The position numbers and the translations under genes are program-made. A stretch of DNA of 64,000 bases from Macrostomum lignano. Lineage: Eukaryota. Where the stretch lies: positions 124,001 to 188,000 of the forward strand of contig NIVC01000768.1 in assembly GCA_002269645.1 (NCBI GenBank). The letters run 5' to 3'. Shown here piece by piece: positions 1-12,349 of this stretch. Within the stretch, counting starts at the first letter, position 1. The number at the start of each line of letters is the position of its first letter. The notes under the pieces are model-generated. The model ran no database searches, was not told where the DNA came from, and worked only from the letters and a program-made list of their open reading frames with translations.

Positions 1-1250
1 GATCTGTCCGCCCGGAGAGTGGTCCGGTGGGCCTAGCTGCGGTGTGGCACGTGGGAAAGAGCTGGTGAGCATAATGTCCAGCGATTCCCCAGGGTTCTCA
101 GCGAGCCGGCCGTCCGGTCTTTTAATGACTGAGAGCTTTGACATTTTGTCGAGGGTGAGAGCCTTAACTACGCGCGAAGTAGGGCGGGTGCCTTCTAACT
201 CCGCGCAGTATTGGCGCCATTTGTCGGACTTGGCTTTCCTGGTTTCACGCTTAAAGTCGCGGATCGCTTCTTGATAGGCGGCCAGGTCAGCTGGGTCCTT
301 GCTCTTGCGAGCTTTCCGTTGGAGGCACTTTGCCTTGCGCCGGAGGATCCGAGCGCCGGGTGCCACCAGGGGGCGGATTTTTTGCCTTTGTAGGCTTTAA
401 GAGGACAGGAAGCCTCATGGGCTGTCAGGACGGTCTTGCTGAGCAAGTCTGCAAGGTCATCCACTTCCTGACAGGTGGTTGGAGCGACGGTAGTCAGCTG
501 ATCTGTCTGGCATTTCAGGGTTTCCGTGAAAGCCGTCCAATCAGTGTTCCGGACGTTCCTTTTCCACAGAATGTGAGGCTTGGGGCAAGAGGATTGCAAA
601 CGAAAACGAACGAAGCGATGGTCAGACAGAGACTCCTCTTCGTCCCACACCTCCCAGTCCTTGACTAAAGGAGCCAAGCCATGGGAGACGAGGGTAACGT
701 CGAGGGCCTCCGTCCATCGCCCGTTGTCAAAGGTGGGGGTTCCACCAATTTGCAAAACTCAGTGTTGGTGGTGCAGATGTAAGCAAGGAGTTCCTCGCCT
801 CTGCTATTGGAAGTATTACTGCCCCAGTGGGTGTGGTGAGCGTTGATGTCGCCCGCCACCAGCAGCTCGAACCTACGGTTAGAGCAGTAGTCCACGAGGG
901 AGGTGAGGTTGGGTGGAACCGCGGGGCCATCGCCAGGGATATAGATCGAGGCGATGATGACCGTGCGGTTGGTGATAATGTGGTTGGACTGAATGACACA
1001 GAGGTCTCTGTCAGAGAGGTCCGGTCTGTGCCAAGCTTTGAGGTGGGTAGATACGAAAATGGCTGCTCTGGGGTTTTGGGGGTCTTGAAAACAGTCAAAA
1101 CCAGCAGGAATATTCGGAATCTTACCTTTCTTTGTCCAGGGCTCCTGGAGTAGGATGATGCCCGGTTTCGCAAAGTTTGCCACCCGCATCAGGTTGGTCG
1201 AGGCCGCGATGCAGTGGTGCAGGTTAAGCTGCAGGATGTCCACTCCGGGA
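1..1250 (-). pseudogene. LINE ORF2 N-terminus (AP endonuclease plus linker), frameshifted
   Basis: Motifs ILQLNLHH, LLQEPW, GDINAHH, NSRGEELL, TPTF, SDH and PWW are present. Frame changes near 755 and 343 restore a continuous R1/LOA-like protein. Confidence 0.9.
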
Positions 1251-1391
1251 ATTCCACGAGTGGTCCGCGCAGCTTCCTGCCGGCTCAAGGCGAGTTGTGC
1301 AGGAGAGCTGCCTCTTCTGCCTCGCCGATAGCTCCAGGCTCCAGCTCCATGGGCTCCTCCCGGATGGATTCCATGGTCGAGGGCGAGGTCG

Positions 1392-2753
1392 CTACCTGGG
1401 CGGCATTCTCGCTCTCGGCCCGGTTTTCCGGGGGGCCGCAGTGGTGACACTGGGCTGGGGGTGGCTGCGGTTGGGGGCCTTGGCGGTGTCCAGCAGCTGT
1501 TTCGCGCGCTGAGTCAGACCAGAGCGGATAGTGTTCCGGGCGGGTTTCCGGCCCTTTCCACGTCCGCCTGTTGCTGCAGCTTTCGCGGCTTTCCCTCTGA
1601 CAGGGTCCACGTCCTCGGAGGGGTCGTGACGACCGGGAGCTTCTTTTCCTGGGCGTTTCCGCCCGGCAGAGCCCCCGACTGCCCGCTTACGCTTCTCCGG
1701 GGGCGGTGGGCGGGTGGCGTCAGACTCAAAGCTAAAGAGCTGAATCTGCAACAGCCCGACAGAGATGATGGACATGTCCGGGTAGCGGAGCATCCAGCTA
1801 TCCGACAGTCCAAGAATAGCCGTGAAACCGTCTCCGCCTGGCTTGGAGATGGTCTCGTGAACTACGACACCGTTGGCCGGTAGCTCCGGGTTGGAAGCCA
1901 CTAGCAGGTGACGCAGCTCGTCGGCCTTGGTGATGCAGCTGCGAGCCGGAATCCAGGCACGGTGCCGGTGTGTCCGGGGTCGCTCGTCCTCCCTGTAGAT
2001 GAACAGGTTCTCCAGCTCCGTACCCCAGTCGAAGGTTTTCAGCAGCTCGAGGAGCTGCTGTCCTGACTGGCTGTCGGTGGGCTGGATATAGAGGGCTTGG
2101 TCCTCGACTTTCGTCTTTTGGACTCGAATAGTAGTGCCGCTCAAGGCCATCTTGACCAGGTGGGAGTCCAACCTGCGCCAGATAAGGTCGAGCTGTTCGG
2201 CCGTAAGAGGCGTCTCCTGGCCTTGGATAACCAGGGCCGGCTGCCTTTTGGCCATAGCCGCGTAGGTTCGCTTCGGCTTTGTGGTTTGGCCAGCGCCCCC
2301 CGCTTTGGATCCCTCCACGGCCGTGGGAGCTTCCACACGGGCAGAGGTCCGGTCACGGGAGGGGCCAGCCGCACCAGGAGCTTCGGCGGCACCTGACGCA
2401 TCAGACCGGCGCGCGGGGTCCACCCCCTTGTCGGATGTCGGCTCCTCCGCGGGGTTCGCAGAGTTACCGGCACCCTCCTCATAGGTGGCCGGAGGGGCGG
2501 CTTTCGCATTCCTCCGTTCCTCCGCTTTGCGCTGGAGAAAGGCTTTGTAGCGAGCAATGCTACGGGCCTTCTTTTTCGAAATCTGAGGTCCGCTGTCTTG
2601 TCCAGCCACTCCGGTATTATCCTGAGCTGCGGCAGCGGCAGATTGAGAGGCACCGGGGGTTCCGGTGTTGCGAATGTCCGGCTGGGCCGCGGTGCCAACC
2701 TCGGTTGGTGCTCCAGCAGCCTCGGACGTGTCGGAGGTAAATGAATACTCCAT
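1392..2753 (-). CDS. LINE ORF1 (gag-like; central region resembles the DUF4780-type domain of LOA elements; no CCHC knuckle)
   Basis: 453-aa ORF directly upstream of the endonuclease, with low-complexity termini and a globular core. Confidence 0.75.
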   Translation of the reverse strand: MEYSFTSDTSEAAGAPTEVGTAAQPDIRNTGTPGASQSAAAAAQDNTGVAGQDSGPQISKKKARSIARYKAFLQRKAEERRNAKAAPPATYEEGAGNSANPAEEPTSDKGVDPARRSDASGAAEAPGAAGPSRDRTSARVEAPTAVEGSKAGGAGQTTKPKRTYAAMAKRQPALVIQGQETPLTAEQLDLIWRRLDSHLVKMALSGTTIRVQKTKVEDQALYIQPTDSQSGQQLLELLKTFDWGTELENLFIYREDERPRTHRHRAWIPARSCITKADELRHLLVASNPELPANGVVVHETISKPGGDGFTAILGLSDSWMLRYPDMSIISVGLLQIQLFSFESDATRPPPPEKRKRAVGGSAGRKRPGKEAPGRHDPSEDVDPVRGKAAKAAATGGRGKGRKPARNTIRSGLTQRAKQLLDTAKAPNRSHPQPSVTTAAPRKTGPRARMPPR

Positions 2754-3150
2754 GAGTCGCTGAAAGGCGAGTGGGGACTAAAGGTGAGAAGCCGCTGGGC
2801 CGTAACCCCAAACCCAACAACCAGGCCAAGAGGTAGCGACCGGGGGGTGGCTTAAGCCCGTACCGGCCCGACCGCTGGCAACCGAGAAACTCCCCGGCTA
2901 AGAGCCCGGCTTGGAAAAACCAGAGGCCGAACCAAAGTACCATCAGCACGGTACTACACTGGGCCCTTGAGGGAAGCAGGAGGACTGCCTCCGGAGCCTG
3001 CGGACTTGCCGCATACCCTGTTAAGGTCAGAGGGTGGTACCTGTTCCTCAGAGCCGTGGCCAGAGGTACCTGATACGCACAGGTGCACTTCCGGGCGGAG
3101 CCCGTACCCAACTTGGCCAAAAGGCCACAGATGGGTTGCCGCCGTCGGAG

Positions 3151-3356
3151 CCCAGTCAGTCCAGCAGCCCTAGAGCTGCCTTGAACACATGCGGGGCGTG
3201 AACCCCTGGGTCGGCTTGCGAGTCAGCTTGGAGAGAGTTCTCCTGCCATTCCTGCACCAGAATAGAGGGGGTGCAGGTGTGTAGGATCGCAGACCTTAGC
3301 CCGTAGGCCTAATCTGTCTCATGCTACACAGGCGTGCTGTACCCGCCATTGCATGC
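3151..3356 (-). ncRNA. Probable HDV-like self-cleaving ribozyme at the LINE 5' end
   Basis: P1 GCATGC (3356-3351) pairs with GCATGT (3192-3187), with a G1.U wobble. P2 is CCCAG/CTGGG, P3 is GGG/CCC around L3 TTCACGC, P4 is the hairpin GGCAGC..GCTGCT, and the catalytic-position C is at 3159. Confidence 0.7.
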
Positions 3357-3885
<529 letters not shown>

Positions 3886-4699
3886 ACATCCGCGCCGGTG
3901 TTCTTCACCTGTTAATTAGCTCCTTGTAGCGCCTTCTTGGGAGTTTTCCGGGCTCTGATGGCGCACACATTTGAGCTACTGCTCCGAGAGGCGCCTTGCC
4001 TGTACGCGAGTCCTCATCAAAACCGTTCGTTTGACAGCGCAATGAGAGACCCGGAGGTCCTGCAGACGCTGAGAGACAACTGCAGTCAGACCAAGCCTGA
4101 TCTGTAACTGCATGTCTGCTTCAGCGCCTCCCGAATTACCAAAGAACCGCTGAAGTTTGCAAACCTGCCTGCACTGCGAGCCCGCAGTTCGCAACCATTT
4201 ACTTGATGAGCTGCAAATCGAATGCTGATTCCGCCTTCATATTTTGGTTTATTTAACTGACCAAAGCTCTCCCTATCGACCATTTGATATTTCGATTTTG
4301 TAAACACCTGCAAAGGTTTTTAAAACTGCATGCGCATAAAATGCTTAAAATCAGCCAGTCTCACTGCCTTAGCTACTTGTAGCAGTATGCTGAGCGCGTC
4401 GCCAGCTTTCTAATCGGTACACAAGCAGCCTCTCATGCACCGTCCCGTGCTTAGCTTTGCTCCCGCTGCAGCACAGTGTTGCTATTCAATTCGCATGTTT
4501 TCAATAGAAGCATCTGTAATGAAGTCAAGTCGCTTATTCTGGAGTAAACTCAGTTGAGGCAAAACCCTCCACGCTCTGTATATTTTATAGGCCAAGGGGC
4601 ACGGTGGCCCGCGCATGTACATTAACGTACGTACTGCTAACTAGGCTTACTAAACAAGCTCCACCCCTACCACGCGGCCCCACCCCATAAGTCATGACA

Positions 4700-4712
4700 C
4701 TTTTCCCCTCTC
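4700..4712 (-). promoter_or_regulatory. Polypurine tract
   Basis: GAGAGGGGAAAAG immediately before the 3' LTR on the minus strand. Confidence 0.9.
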
Positions 4713-7700
4713 AGAAGAAGTCCGCTCCCTATCAATCACAGCTCCAGAGTTTCGAGTAGGTCAGCTTCTCAGGTGGCCGTCGCCGCGTGCAGGCTGCAGT
4801 CCGCAGGGCGCGTCGGCTCCGGCTCCGGGTGCTCCGCGCCGGTCCCGGTCGAGTCCGCAGCTTCAGCTGGCTCGGTCCCGGCTGCTGGACCGTCAGGTTC
4901 GTCGCTCTCGACTCGCCGGCCCCGCAGTTGGTCGGCATGACGGCGCCAGATCAGGCCGTCGCTTGTTTCGACTCGGAAGCTCAGCGGCCCAGTCTGCTCG
5001 AGAACTTTTGCTGGTTGCCAGGCCGCGCATTAGGCCAGTAGTCCCTGGCCCAGGCCTCCGACCACGGCTCCTCTGGCAGCTCCCGCGACCGCCGGTCGTG
5101 CTGTCGTTTCTGGGCGGATTGCTCCTGCAGTACTCGATCCCGGGCTGACGGCCGCAGCAGGTCCATTCGAGTCCGGAGCTGCCGCTTCAGGAAGAGCTCC
5201 GCTGGTGTCCGACCGGTCGTTGGGTGCGGGCTAGCTCGGTAGCCCAGCATTCAGTTGCACAGCCGGATGTCGAGGTCCGGCTGACTGCTCTGTGACGCCT
5301 CCATGGCCATCTTGAACGACTTCACCAGCCGTTCCACCAGTCCGTTGGTCTTGGCGTGATATGGACTGCTTCTTGTGTGGCGAATTCCATTTGCTTTGCA
5401 GAAATCGCTAAATCCTTGACTGATGAATGCTGGACCGTTGTCCGATACCAGTTCTCTCGGCAGGCCCCATTGTGCAAACAACACTCGCAGCTTGCGAACC
5501 AGCTCGGCTGATTAGAGTGTTGACACGGCCTCCACATGCGGCCACTTTGAGTGCGCGTCGACTACGAGGAGAAACTGGCGGCCTCGAACCGGCCCGGCAA
5601 AGTCAACGTGGATGCGGTCCCAGGGCTGGTCTGGCCACACCCAGGGGTGCAGTGGAGCCAGCACCGGATGCAACTTAACGGATTGGCAGGCTTGGCAGCT
5701 GCTGGCAACCGACTCGATGTCAGCATCCATTCCTGGCCACCAGACGAAGGTTCTGGCGACACTTTTCATCCGGGCCATGCCGAAATGTTCCACGTGTAAC
5801 TCGAGCAGAACTCCAGGTCGCAACGCTTCCGGAACCAGCACGCGAGTTCCCCAGATCACGCAGCCGTCTTCCACGCTTAGTTCTAGTCGACGACGAAAGT
5901 AGGGCTCGAGCCGCGGCGGAACCAACTCTGGCCAGCCAGTCATTATCATCCGGAGAATATCTCGAAGCTCGTCATCTCGCTTCGTTGCTGCCGCTACATC
6001 CGCCGCCGTCAATGGGAATTCGCCCGTCAGCTGACAGACCCGATCGTCGTCGTCTGGGCTGTCGTCCTTCATCTGCAGCGGCAAGCGAGACAGGCCGTCT
6101 GCGTTGCTGTGCTGAGCAGTCTTGCGGAACCGGATGCTGTACTGTAAGCTGTAAGCTGTACCCTGACAGCAGCAGTGCCCATCTCTGAAGTCGCCCTGCT
6201 GCAGTCGGGGAGATGCCAACCTTCGGTCCGAAAATCGTCGTCAACGGCTGATGATCCGTAATTATCGTGAAGCTCCGGCCGAACAGGTACTGGTGGAACC
6301 GCTTGATGGCGAACACGATGGCGAGGGCTTCTTTCTCAATTTGCGAGTAATTTCGCTCCGCTGCTGACAGCGTCCTTGAAGCAAAAGTCACCGGCCGTTC
6401 CGGGCCGTCCTCCATCGTGTGGGACAGCACCGCGCCGATGCCGACCGATGAAGCATCCGCGGCCACCACCACTGGAAGCTGCTCGTTGAAATGCGTCAGC
6501 ACGCTGTCCTAACTCAGTTCTTGCTTAAGATTGTCCCAGGCTCGGTCCTCCGTCTCAGCCCACCGCCAGTCCGTCGCCTTCCTCAACAGTTGATACAGAG
6601 GAGCAACGAGCCCAGGTATTCGACTTCTTCTTGCAGAAATTTGCACTTGATTCGCTTCAGCCGCAAGCCCACCGCTCTCAGCCTGGTCAGTACCTTGCGA
6701 AGCGCTGGTGTTCACTCATTGACGGACCGGAGACCAGGATGTCATCAATGCGGCAACAGACTCCCGGCACGCCCTTCAAAAGTTTTTCCATCAGCCTCTG
6801 GCAAATCGCAGGAGCCGAACTGACGCCAAATGGCAACCTGAGGTACTCGAAAAGCCCTTTATGCGTGTTGATGGTCGTCAGCTTGCAGCTCTCTTCGTCG
6901 AGTGGAAACTGAAGATAACATTGTGACAGATCGAGTTTTGAGAACAGCTGACCCTGTCCCACCTGCTCGTAAAGCTCTTCAGGCGTAGGCAGCGGGTACT
7001 GGTCGATGTGGAGCTAAGGGTTCAACGTCAGTTTATAGTCGCCGCACAGTCGGACTGAGCCGTCTGCCTTGAGTACCGGAACCACTGGCGTACCCTTTGT
7101 TGAGCATGTCCTGGAGCTCGAGCTCCAGCTTGTCCCGCACTGCGAATGGCACGGGTCTGGCCTTGCAGAATCGAGGATGTGCGTCACTTTTAAGTCTCAG
7201 TGCGACTGTCTGATCCTTCAACTGCCCCAGGCTCTCGTCGAAAACATCAGCGAACTCCTCCAGCATCTGGTCGAGAGGCCCGCTTTTCTGCGCCGGCGCC
7301 TGGCTGATCTGGTTGGCAAACAACTGAGTCCAGTTGAGTCGCACTTTTTCCAGCCAATTGCGTCCTAGCAATGGGCAGGCTCCGGTCTGACTGGTGACCA
7401 CCAGCGGCAGCTTATGATGCTGTCTTCCGTCGTAGTTGACCATGACCTCGGCTGTTCCCTTGACTTGTATTGGCTCGCCCGTCCAGGTCCGGAGTCGCAG
7501 GCGTGTTGGTGTCAGCTGAGGTCGGCCGAGCTGCTTTCACAACGACTCTGGTACGAGGCTGACGCAGGCACCGGTGTCCAGCTGCATGGTGAGGGGCTGG
7601 TCATTCACCAGCAGGCTTACGCTGATATTCTTGGCCGATGCAGTGACTTGCGAAATCCGGCCTGTTGCTGCTTCCTCCTCCTCTTCCGTTTGCATTGCGT

Positions 7701-8247
7701 GCGCTGGTCCATTCTCTGACCGTCCGGCTTTCGTTGTACTGGAGGCTTTCTTGGCTGAGCGGCAAACTTTCTGCAGGTGTCCAAATTTCCCGCAGTTGTG
7801 GCACTTTGCGGTCCTGAAGTGGCACTGTGGCAGGCTGCCGACAGGTGGCCTTTGAATCCGCACCTGTAGCACGCCCTCGAGTCTGGCGCTACCTGCTGGA
7901 TTGAGCTGACCTCTGAGCTCGATTTCCACTGCTCAGTTTCCGACTTTGGAATCTCCGCCGCGAGGGCAATTTTCTTGGCCGCATCCAGCGTGAGCTTCTC
8001 CTCCATCAGGAGTCGCTGCTGGGTCCGCTGGTCTCGAAGACTGCAGACGAAACAGTCTCGGAGAGCTTCTTCTCGAAACCCCTCGAACTCGCACGAATCG
8101 GTCAGATTCCGCAGCGCAGCCAGAAATTGAGCAGCCGTCTCTCCGTCCTTTTGTGCTCGCTTGTAGAACTTGAACCGTTCAGCGATTACTGGCTTCTTCG
8201 GTTTGAAGTACTTTTGAAGGTGCTCGGTGAGGGCGCTGTATTGCAGA

Positions 8248-9158
8248 TAGGGATTCCAATCCCGGGATCCCGGGATTGGGGCCAAAAATCCGGGATTTGA
8301 ATCCCGGGATTTTTTGGGAATCGAATCCCGGGATTTTTAATCCCGGGATTGCAAAAGTCCGGGATCGGGATCCCGGGATTTCAAGGCCTTAATCCCGGGA
8401 TTGGTCCGGGATTAGAACAACCTTTCAATGCCTAAATTAGATAATTTAAAGTCTAAACGTTTATTTGAATAATAAAACATTTATTTGTTTTTGCTGTTTC
8501 TCAATGAAACGTTACACATTTGCAAAGCTCCTGTCCTAATTGAGCTAAAAATTGTTATTGTGAACTGTAAATTATAGATAATTTTAACTTTTTTTCGTTT
8601 TCCACCACGAGACGAGACTGAGGGCCTTTTCATATTGCTTGTTCTGGTTCCAGAACCAGAACCATTTTGTGAAGTATAACTTTTTGTCTCCATAACTAGA
8701 GGGAGATACGTGCTATAAAGTTTTTATTATTGAATGACAATCGCCAAAAAGAAAGTGAAAAATCGTGCAAAGTGAGGCTGTTAAGGCAGTCAAATATTAA
8801 CAGAGTTTAATAGTTATACTGCTGTTTTTCTTGGAATTCCGAACCGATTCTGGTTCTGGAATCGGTAATATGAAAAGGCCCTGAGACTCTGAGAGTCGCG
8901 AGACCATGACTACTGCACGCGGCACGCCGCACAGTCCGTCTAGCTTAGGGATTCCAATCCCGGGATCCCGGGATTGGAGCCAAAAATCCGGGATTTGAAT
9001 CCCGGGATTTTTTTGGGAATCGAATCCCGGGATTTTTAATCCCGGGATTGCAAAAGCACCGGGATTCCGGGATTTTGAATTCCGGGATTTCAACAGCATC
9101 GGGATTTCGGGACTATTCAATCCCGGGATTGTAAAATGTCGGGATTTTGGAATCCCTA
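8248..9158. mobile_element. Non-autonomous hAT-type composite element inserted in gag
   Basis: TIR TAGGGATTCCAA/TTGGAATCCCTA; 8-bp TSD ATTGCAGA (8240-8247, 9159-9166); CCCGGGAT subterminal repeats. Removing it restores gag in frame (TDLQ|YSAL). A second left end starts at 8946. Confidence 0.93.
8622..8881. mobile_element. PIF/Harbinger-type MITE nested in the hAT element
   Basis: TIR GGGCCTTTTCATATT; 3-bp TSD TGA (TAA in the 46-kb copy). Confidence 0.8.
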
Positions 9159-9356
9159 ATTGCAGATCTGTTGGCTTGGTCAGACTGCAGAGATCCCGCA
9201 GGACTGCGTAGCATCGTTCGCCAATCAATGTCAGAAACACTGCCTTCTTCTTGTCGTCGCCTTCTATGCCGTTTGCAAGCATGTAAGAGTCCATTCGCTC
9301 TTGATAGGCGTCCCAATCTTTGCCTTCTTCGTAAGGCTCTAGTTGTCCAACTGAAG

Positions 9357-9371
9357 CCATTCTCGTCGCCA
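9357..9371 (-). promoter_or_regulatory. Primer binding site, probably tRNA-Ser(GCU)
   Basis: TGGCGACGAGAATGG, 2 nt after the 5' LTR, complements the tRNA-Ser(GCU) 3' end (CCATCCTCGTCGCCA) with one mismatch. It contains the gag ATG. Confidence 0.8.
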
Positions 9372-10944
9372 ATTGTAATGAAGTCAAGTCGCTTATTCTG
9401 GAGTAAACTCAGTTGAGGCAAAACCCTCCACGCTCTATATATTTTATAGGCCAAGGGGCACGGTGGCCCGCGCATGTACATTAACGTACGTACTGCTAAC
9501 TAGGCTTACTAAACAAGCTCCACCCCTACCACGCGGCCCCACCCCATTAGTCATGACAGCATCTGCCGAAGATTGTGACTGACCCCAACTGGTTCTTGGT
9601 CCATTGCTTACAAATTTTCTTGTACATAATATGAGTCCAGTCTCGACTTCTGCCCCTTCTGATAATAGTATCCCAGAATTCTGACTATCGACTGAATTTA
9701 TTAATTAGCTCTTTGCTCATTGAAGCAGCGCGTTGCGAGTTGCGACACAGATTCGGCACCAAATGCGTTGAACTGGTGGGCCGCAACAGTGCAATCCTTA
9801 TTCTAGCACAATTTTTGGACAATACGGTTGCGCTCTGCCCCACTGACAAAACTTATTTAAGTGCACAGGACAGTTTGGAAGCTGAATTGGCGCGGCGCAG
9901 TCACAATTTTAGCTAGTTCGTCTTGTAGCGACTGGCTGCAAACTAGTTATGTCGCAGCATTCACTAGCCTTTCCTAGGGACTGTGTTCCGCTGCACAGCA
10001 GTCCAGTCCGCCTGATCTAGGGAGAGATGCCCTGTGCTGGGCCTAAGTGTTTACTGCCCGATCGCCCGAGCAGGCGTGCAGGTGGCCACACACAATGATT
10101 TCCCCACCCGCGTTGAAGAGGAGAAGCAGGATGACTCACCCCCTGCTCACCCGCATGCAGAGTGTAATGGCTGTCTGGAGGGAGTAAACAGGATGACTCA
10201 TCCACCCAAATTTTTTTAGCACATAAAAGCACGTGACTGTGCATGCATAGAGTGAGGCATTTGACCTTGAGTCACGCCACTGTTGCCTGACAGTTTGCCT
10301 TATTTGGAAGTTGGCCTTGAATCACGCCTCTCTTGCATGACTCTGAGGTCCAAATAAGAAAGTTTCACGCGCTCATCGCATGGAACTCACGTGACTTTCG
10401 GGGCCCGCTCGGCTATAAATACGGAGCACCTGGAAGCTGTTTTTCCTCAACCGGAGTCCGCCGGCAAGGAGCTCCCCCTCTCTCATTTCAGGCTTACAGA
10501 TTTTCAGATTCGCACAGCAATTGTAGGAACATCTCCGATCAACTGTCGAGACAGTTTCAGATTTGTCTTGCTCCGAGCGACTTTTTATTTATTTCAGGTT
10601 ACGGATATACAAATCTTCCGACGAGTCGAGTCCGCAAACCAAGGTGGCAGCAGCCCTACCAAGTCTAAGGCTAACGTTTTAGGTTCTTCTCAGGCAAATC
10701 GATAGGTAGTACTGCGGTACTATCTAGCAACTCCCAGAGCAGCGAGTTCAATTTAGGTACAACTGACAGAACTCGGGAAGGAGCGCAACAGCCTTATTTG
10801 CGTTTTTCACATATTTGCAAGTAAAAAGTTAGCTATACTACTGTCTACCTAACAAAGGCTCTGGGCATCGTTTTAAGTCTTTTTTGTCAGAAACGCTACA
10901 GATAATTGGATTTGACGTTTATAGCATGCAGTGTTGTAGCCTAG

Positions 10945-11110
10945 GAGGGGGTTGCAGTAGCCTAGTAGTGATTAGAGCGTCGGGGGTTTGATTCTCGACC
11001 CACTCGGAGCAATTTGTGTCCTTGAACAAGACCACTTAACTCTGCATTGCTTCAGTTCATCCAGCTGTAAAAAAAATGGGTGCCAGCATTAGCTGGGGTA
11101 ATTGAGGGCG
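10945..11110 (+). mobile_element. tRNA-derived CORE-type SINE, copy 1
   Basis: A-box-like GTAGCCTAG..TTAGAGC and a degenerate B box. The core GTGTCCTTGAACAAGACCACTTAACTC..CAGTTCATCCAGCTGTAAAA..TGGG resembles the MIR/CORE domain. Confidence 0.8.
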
Positions 11111-11395
11111 TGTGGCGCGATCTACTGTGCCATCGGCGACTCCAGCTCGCAGGCCATCTCATCCGCGCCGAGTCGTACTGCCCACAGCCGATGCAGGAGG
11201 TGCTGCTGCTCACGCTGCAGGCACCCTACCGGCGAGGTCAAGCGCGAACTCGGCGTTATGTCGACTGTCTGCTGGCTGACGCCGGCGCCCCGGACACTGC
11301 CGGTGGCGCGGCCTTTGTTCGCGCCCAAGCCATGAGGCGCGCCCTGTGACGCTGACTTTTGCCATCCTGACAGCGTATTTTGTTGTTGTTGTTAT
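11111..11395 (+). mobile_element. RTE-clade LINE 3' end fused to the SINE, with (TTG)n tail
   Basis: RRLQLAGHLIR..RRGQARTRRYVDCL is an RTE ORF C-terminus; homologous to 48250-48470. Confidence 0.8.
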
Positions 11396-11531
11396 ATGAG
11401 TATGATTCTTATAACCCACAAGTCTAGCTTAGAGCACCAAGCAGACAAGATCGCAAACAGATCACTTCTTCTGTGTTCTCTGGATCTTTTATTTCTTTCT
11501 TCAAATTAAATTGTCAATTGAGTTATACAAG

Positions 11532-11655
11532 ATGCCGACGAAGTGTTGCGTTCCAGGCTGCACCAGCAACTACAAAAGCGGTAAAAGGTGCACCGTGTAT
11601 ACTTTTCCGAAAGAAGAGGCTGAAATTGACTCCTGGATAAAGGCTTTGACCATTG
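11532..11655 (+). pseudogene. Truncated THAP domain (P-type transposase N-terminus)
   Basis: MPTKCCVPGCTSNYK..YTFPKEE..WIKAL, then breaks off. Confidence 0.7.
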
Positions 11656-12349
11656 CTTCTATATAAATATAAATATTTTGTCGGAACACATGCATATAAA
11701 AAGCTTTATTCATTAGACTTTAATTTCTATTCATGTATTATACACATTGCTTCAAATAGCAAAAAGGCCACTAAAACCATAGACACACATTCAAATCGGC
11801 CTTTTAGAATTCTGCCAATATTTCCAAGTGTAACGTCCTGTGTTCTTAAGTAGTCCTTGGTAATCAGTTGTTATTATTATTACTATTCATGCTACTTAAA
11901 ATTGCGCCAATACACAGAAATGTACGATCCTGGTCCGCACTTACGCATGCAGTTTCTTCCAGATTATCTGAATTGAAATTTCAGAAAATCATAGATTTGC
12001 GAGTTTACAAACTGAGAAGAGAAGGTCAAGAACAGAAAATAACCCTTCAAACAATTTTGTAACTTGTAGGTGACAATTTTTTCAAACTAGAATCCAAACA
12101 TAGCATAAAATCAAGTCCGCGCTGACAACTAAAACTCTTTGACGCCTCGCGCACATGCCAGTGTCCCACGAACTTTTTTGAACTCTACACAATTTAGTAG
12201 CCTAAAAACCAAGGAAAATCTACACTGCATGCCAGAGTTCGATTCGCAGCCAGGTGACCTCGGACAACCAATTAATTGACAAGTTTGACAGGGCCGTGGG
12301 CGAAGCAGGAGTGTCCGAGACAGCGTCACCTGCAGCGGCACAGCGGTAT

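Larger units (their letters stand above)
1..3356 (-). mobile_element. Non-LTR retrotransposon, LOA/R1-like clade; 5' part only (runs off the window start)
   Basis: ORF1 (1392-2753) is followed by an APE endonuclease. The 5' end abuts a (GTA)n array at 3357. Confidence 0.9.
4740..9360 (-). pseudogene. gag-pol of the Mag-like element, multiply frameshifted and interrupted in gag
   Basis: Start MASVGQLEPY at 9360; knuckles CYRCGFKGHLSAAC and CHNCGKFGHLQKVC; protease LDTGA; RT YLRLPFG and RIDDILV; RNase H DASSVGIGAVL; integrase HVDFAGP and SDNGP. Confidence 0.95.
4515..9558 (-). mobile_element. Full-length Gypsy LTR retrotransposon, Mag-like clade
   Basis: 185-bp TG..CA LTRs at 4515-4699 and 9374-9558 (2 mismatches) and a 5-bp TSD GCATC (4510-4514, 9559-9563). 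PBS and PPT present; domain order gag-PR-RT-RH-IN; two CCHC knuckles. Confidence 0.97.

Noticed and set aside
10240-10770. Solo LTR
   Set aside because: TATA-like core only; no TG..CA boundaries with a TSD.
10945-11010. tRNA gene
   Set aside because: Degenerate A/B boxes run into a SINE core; no cloverleaf.
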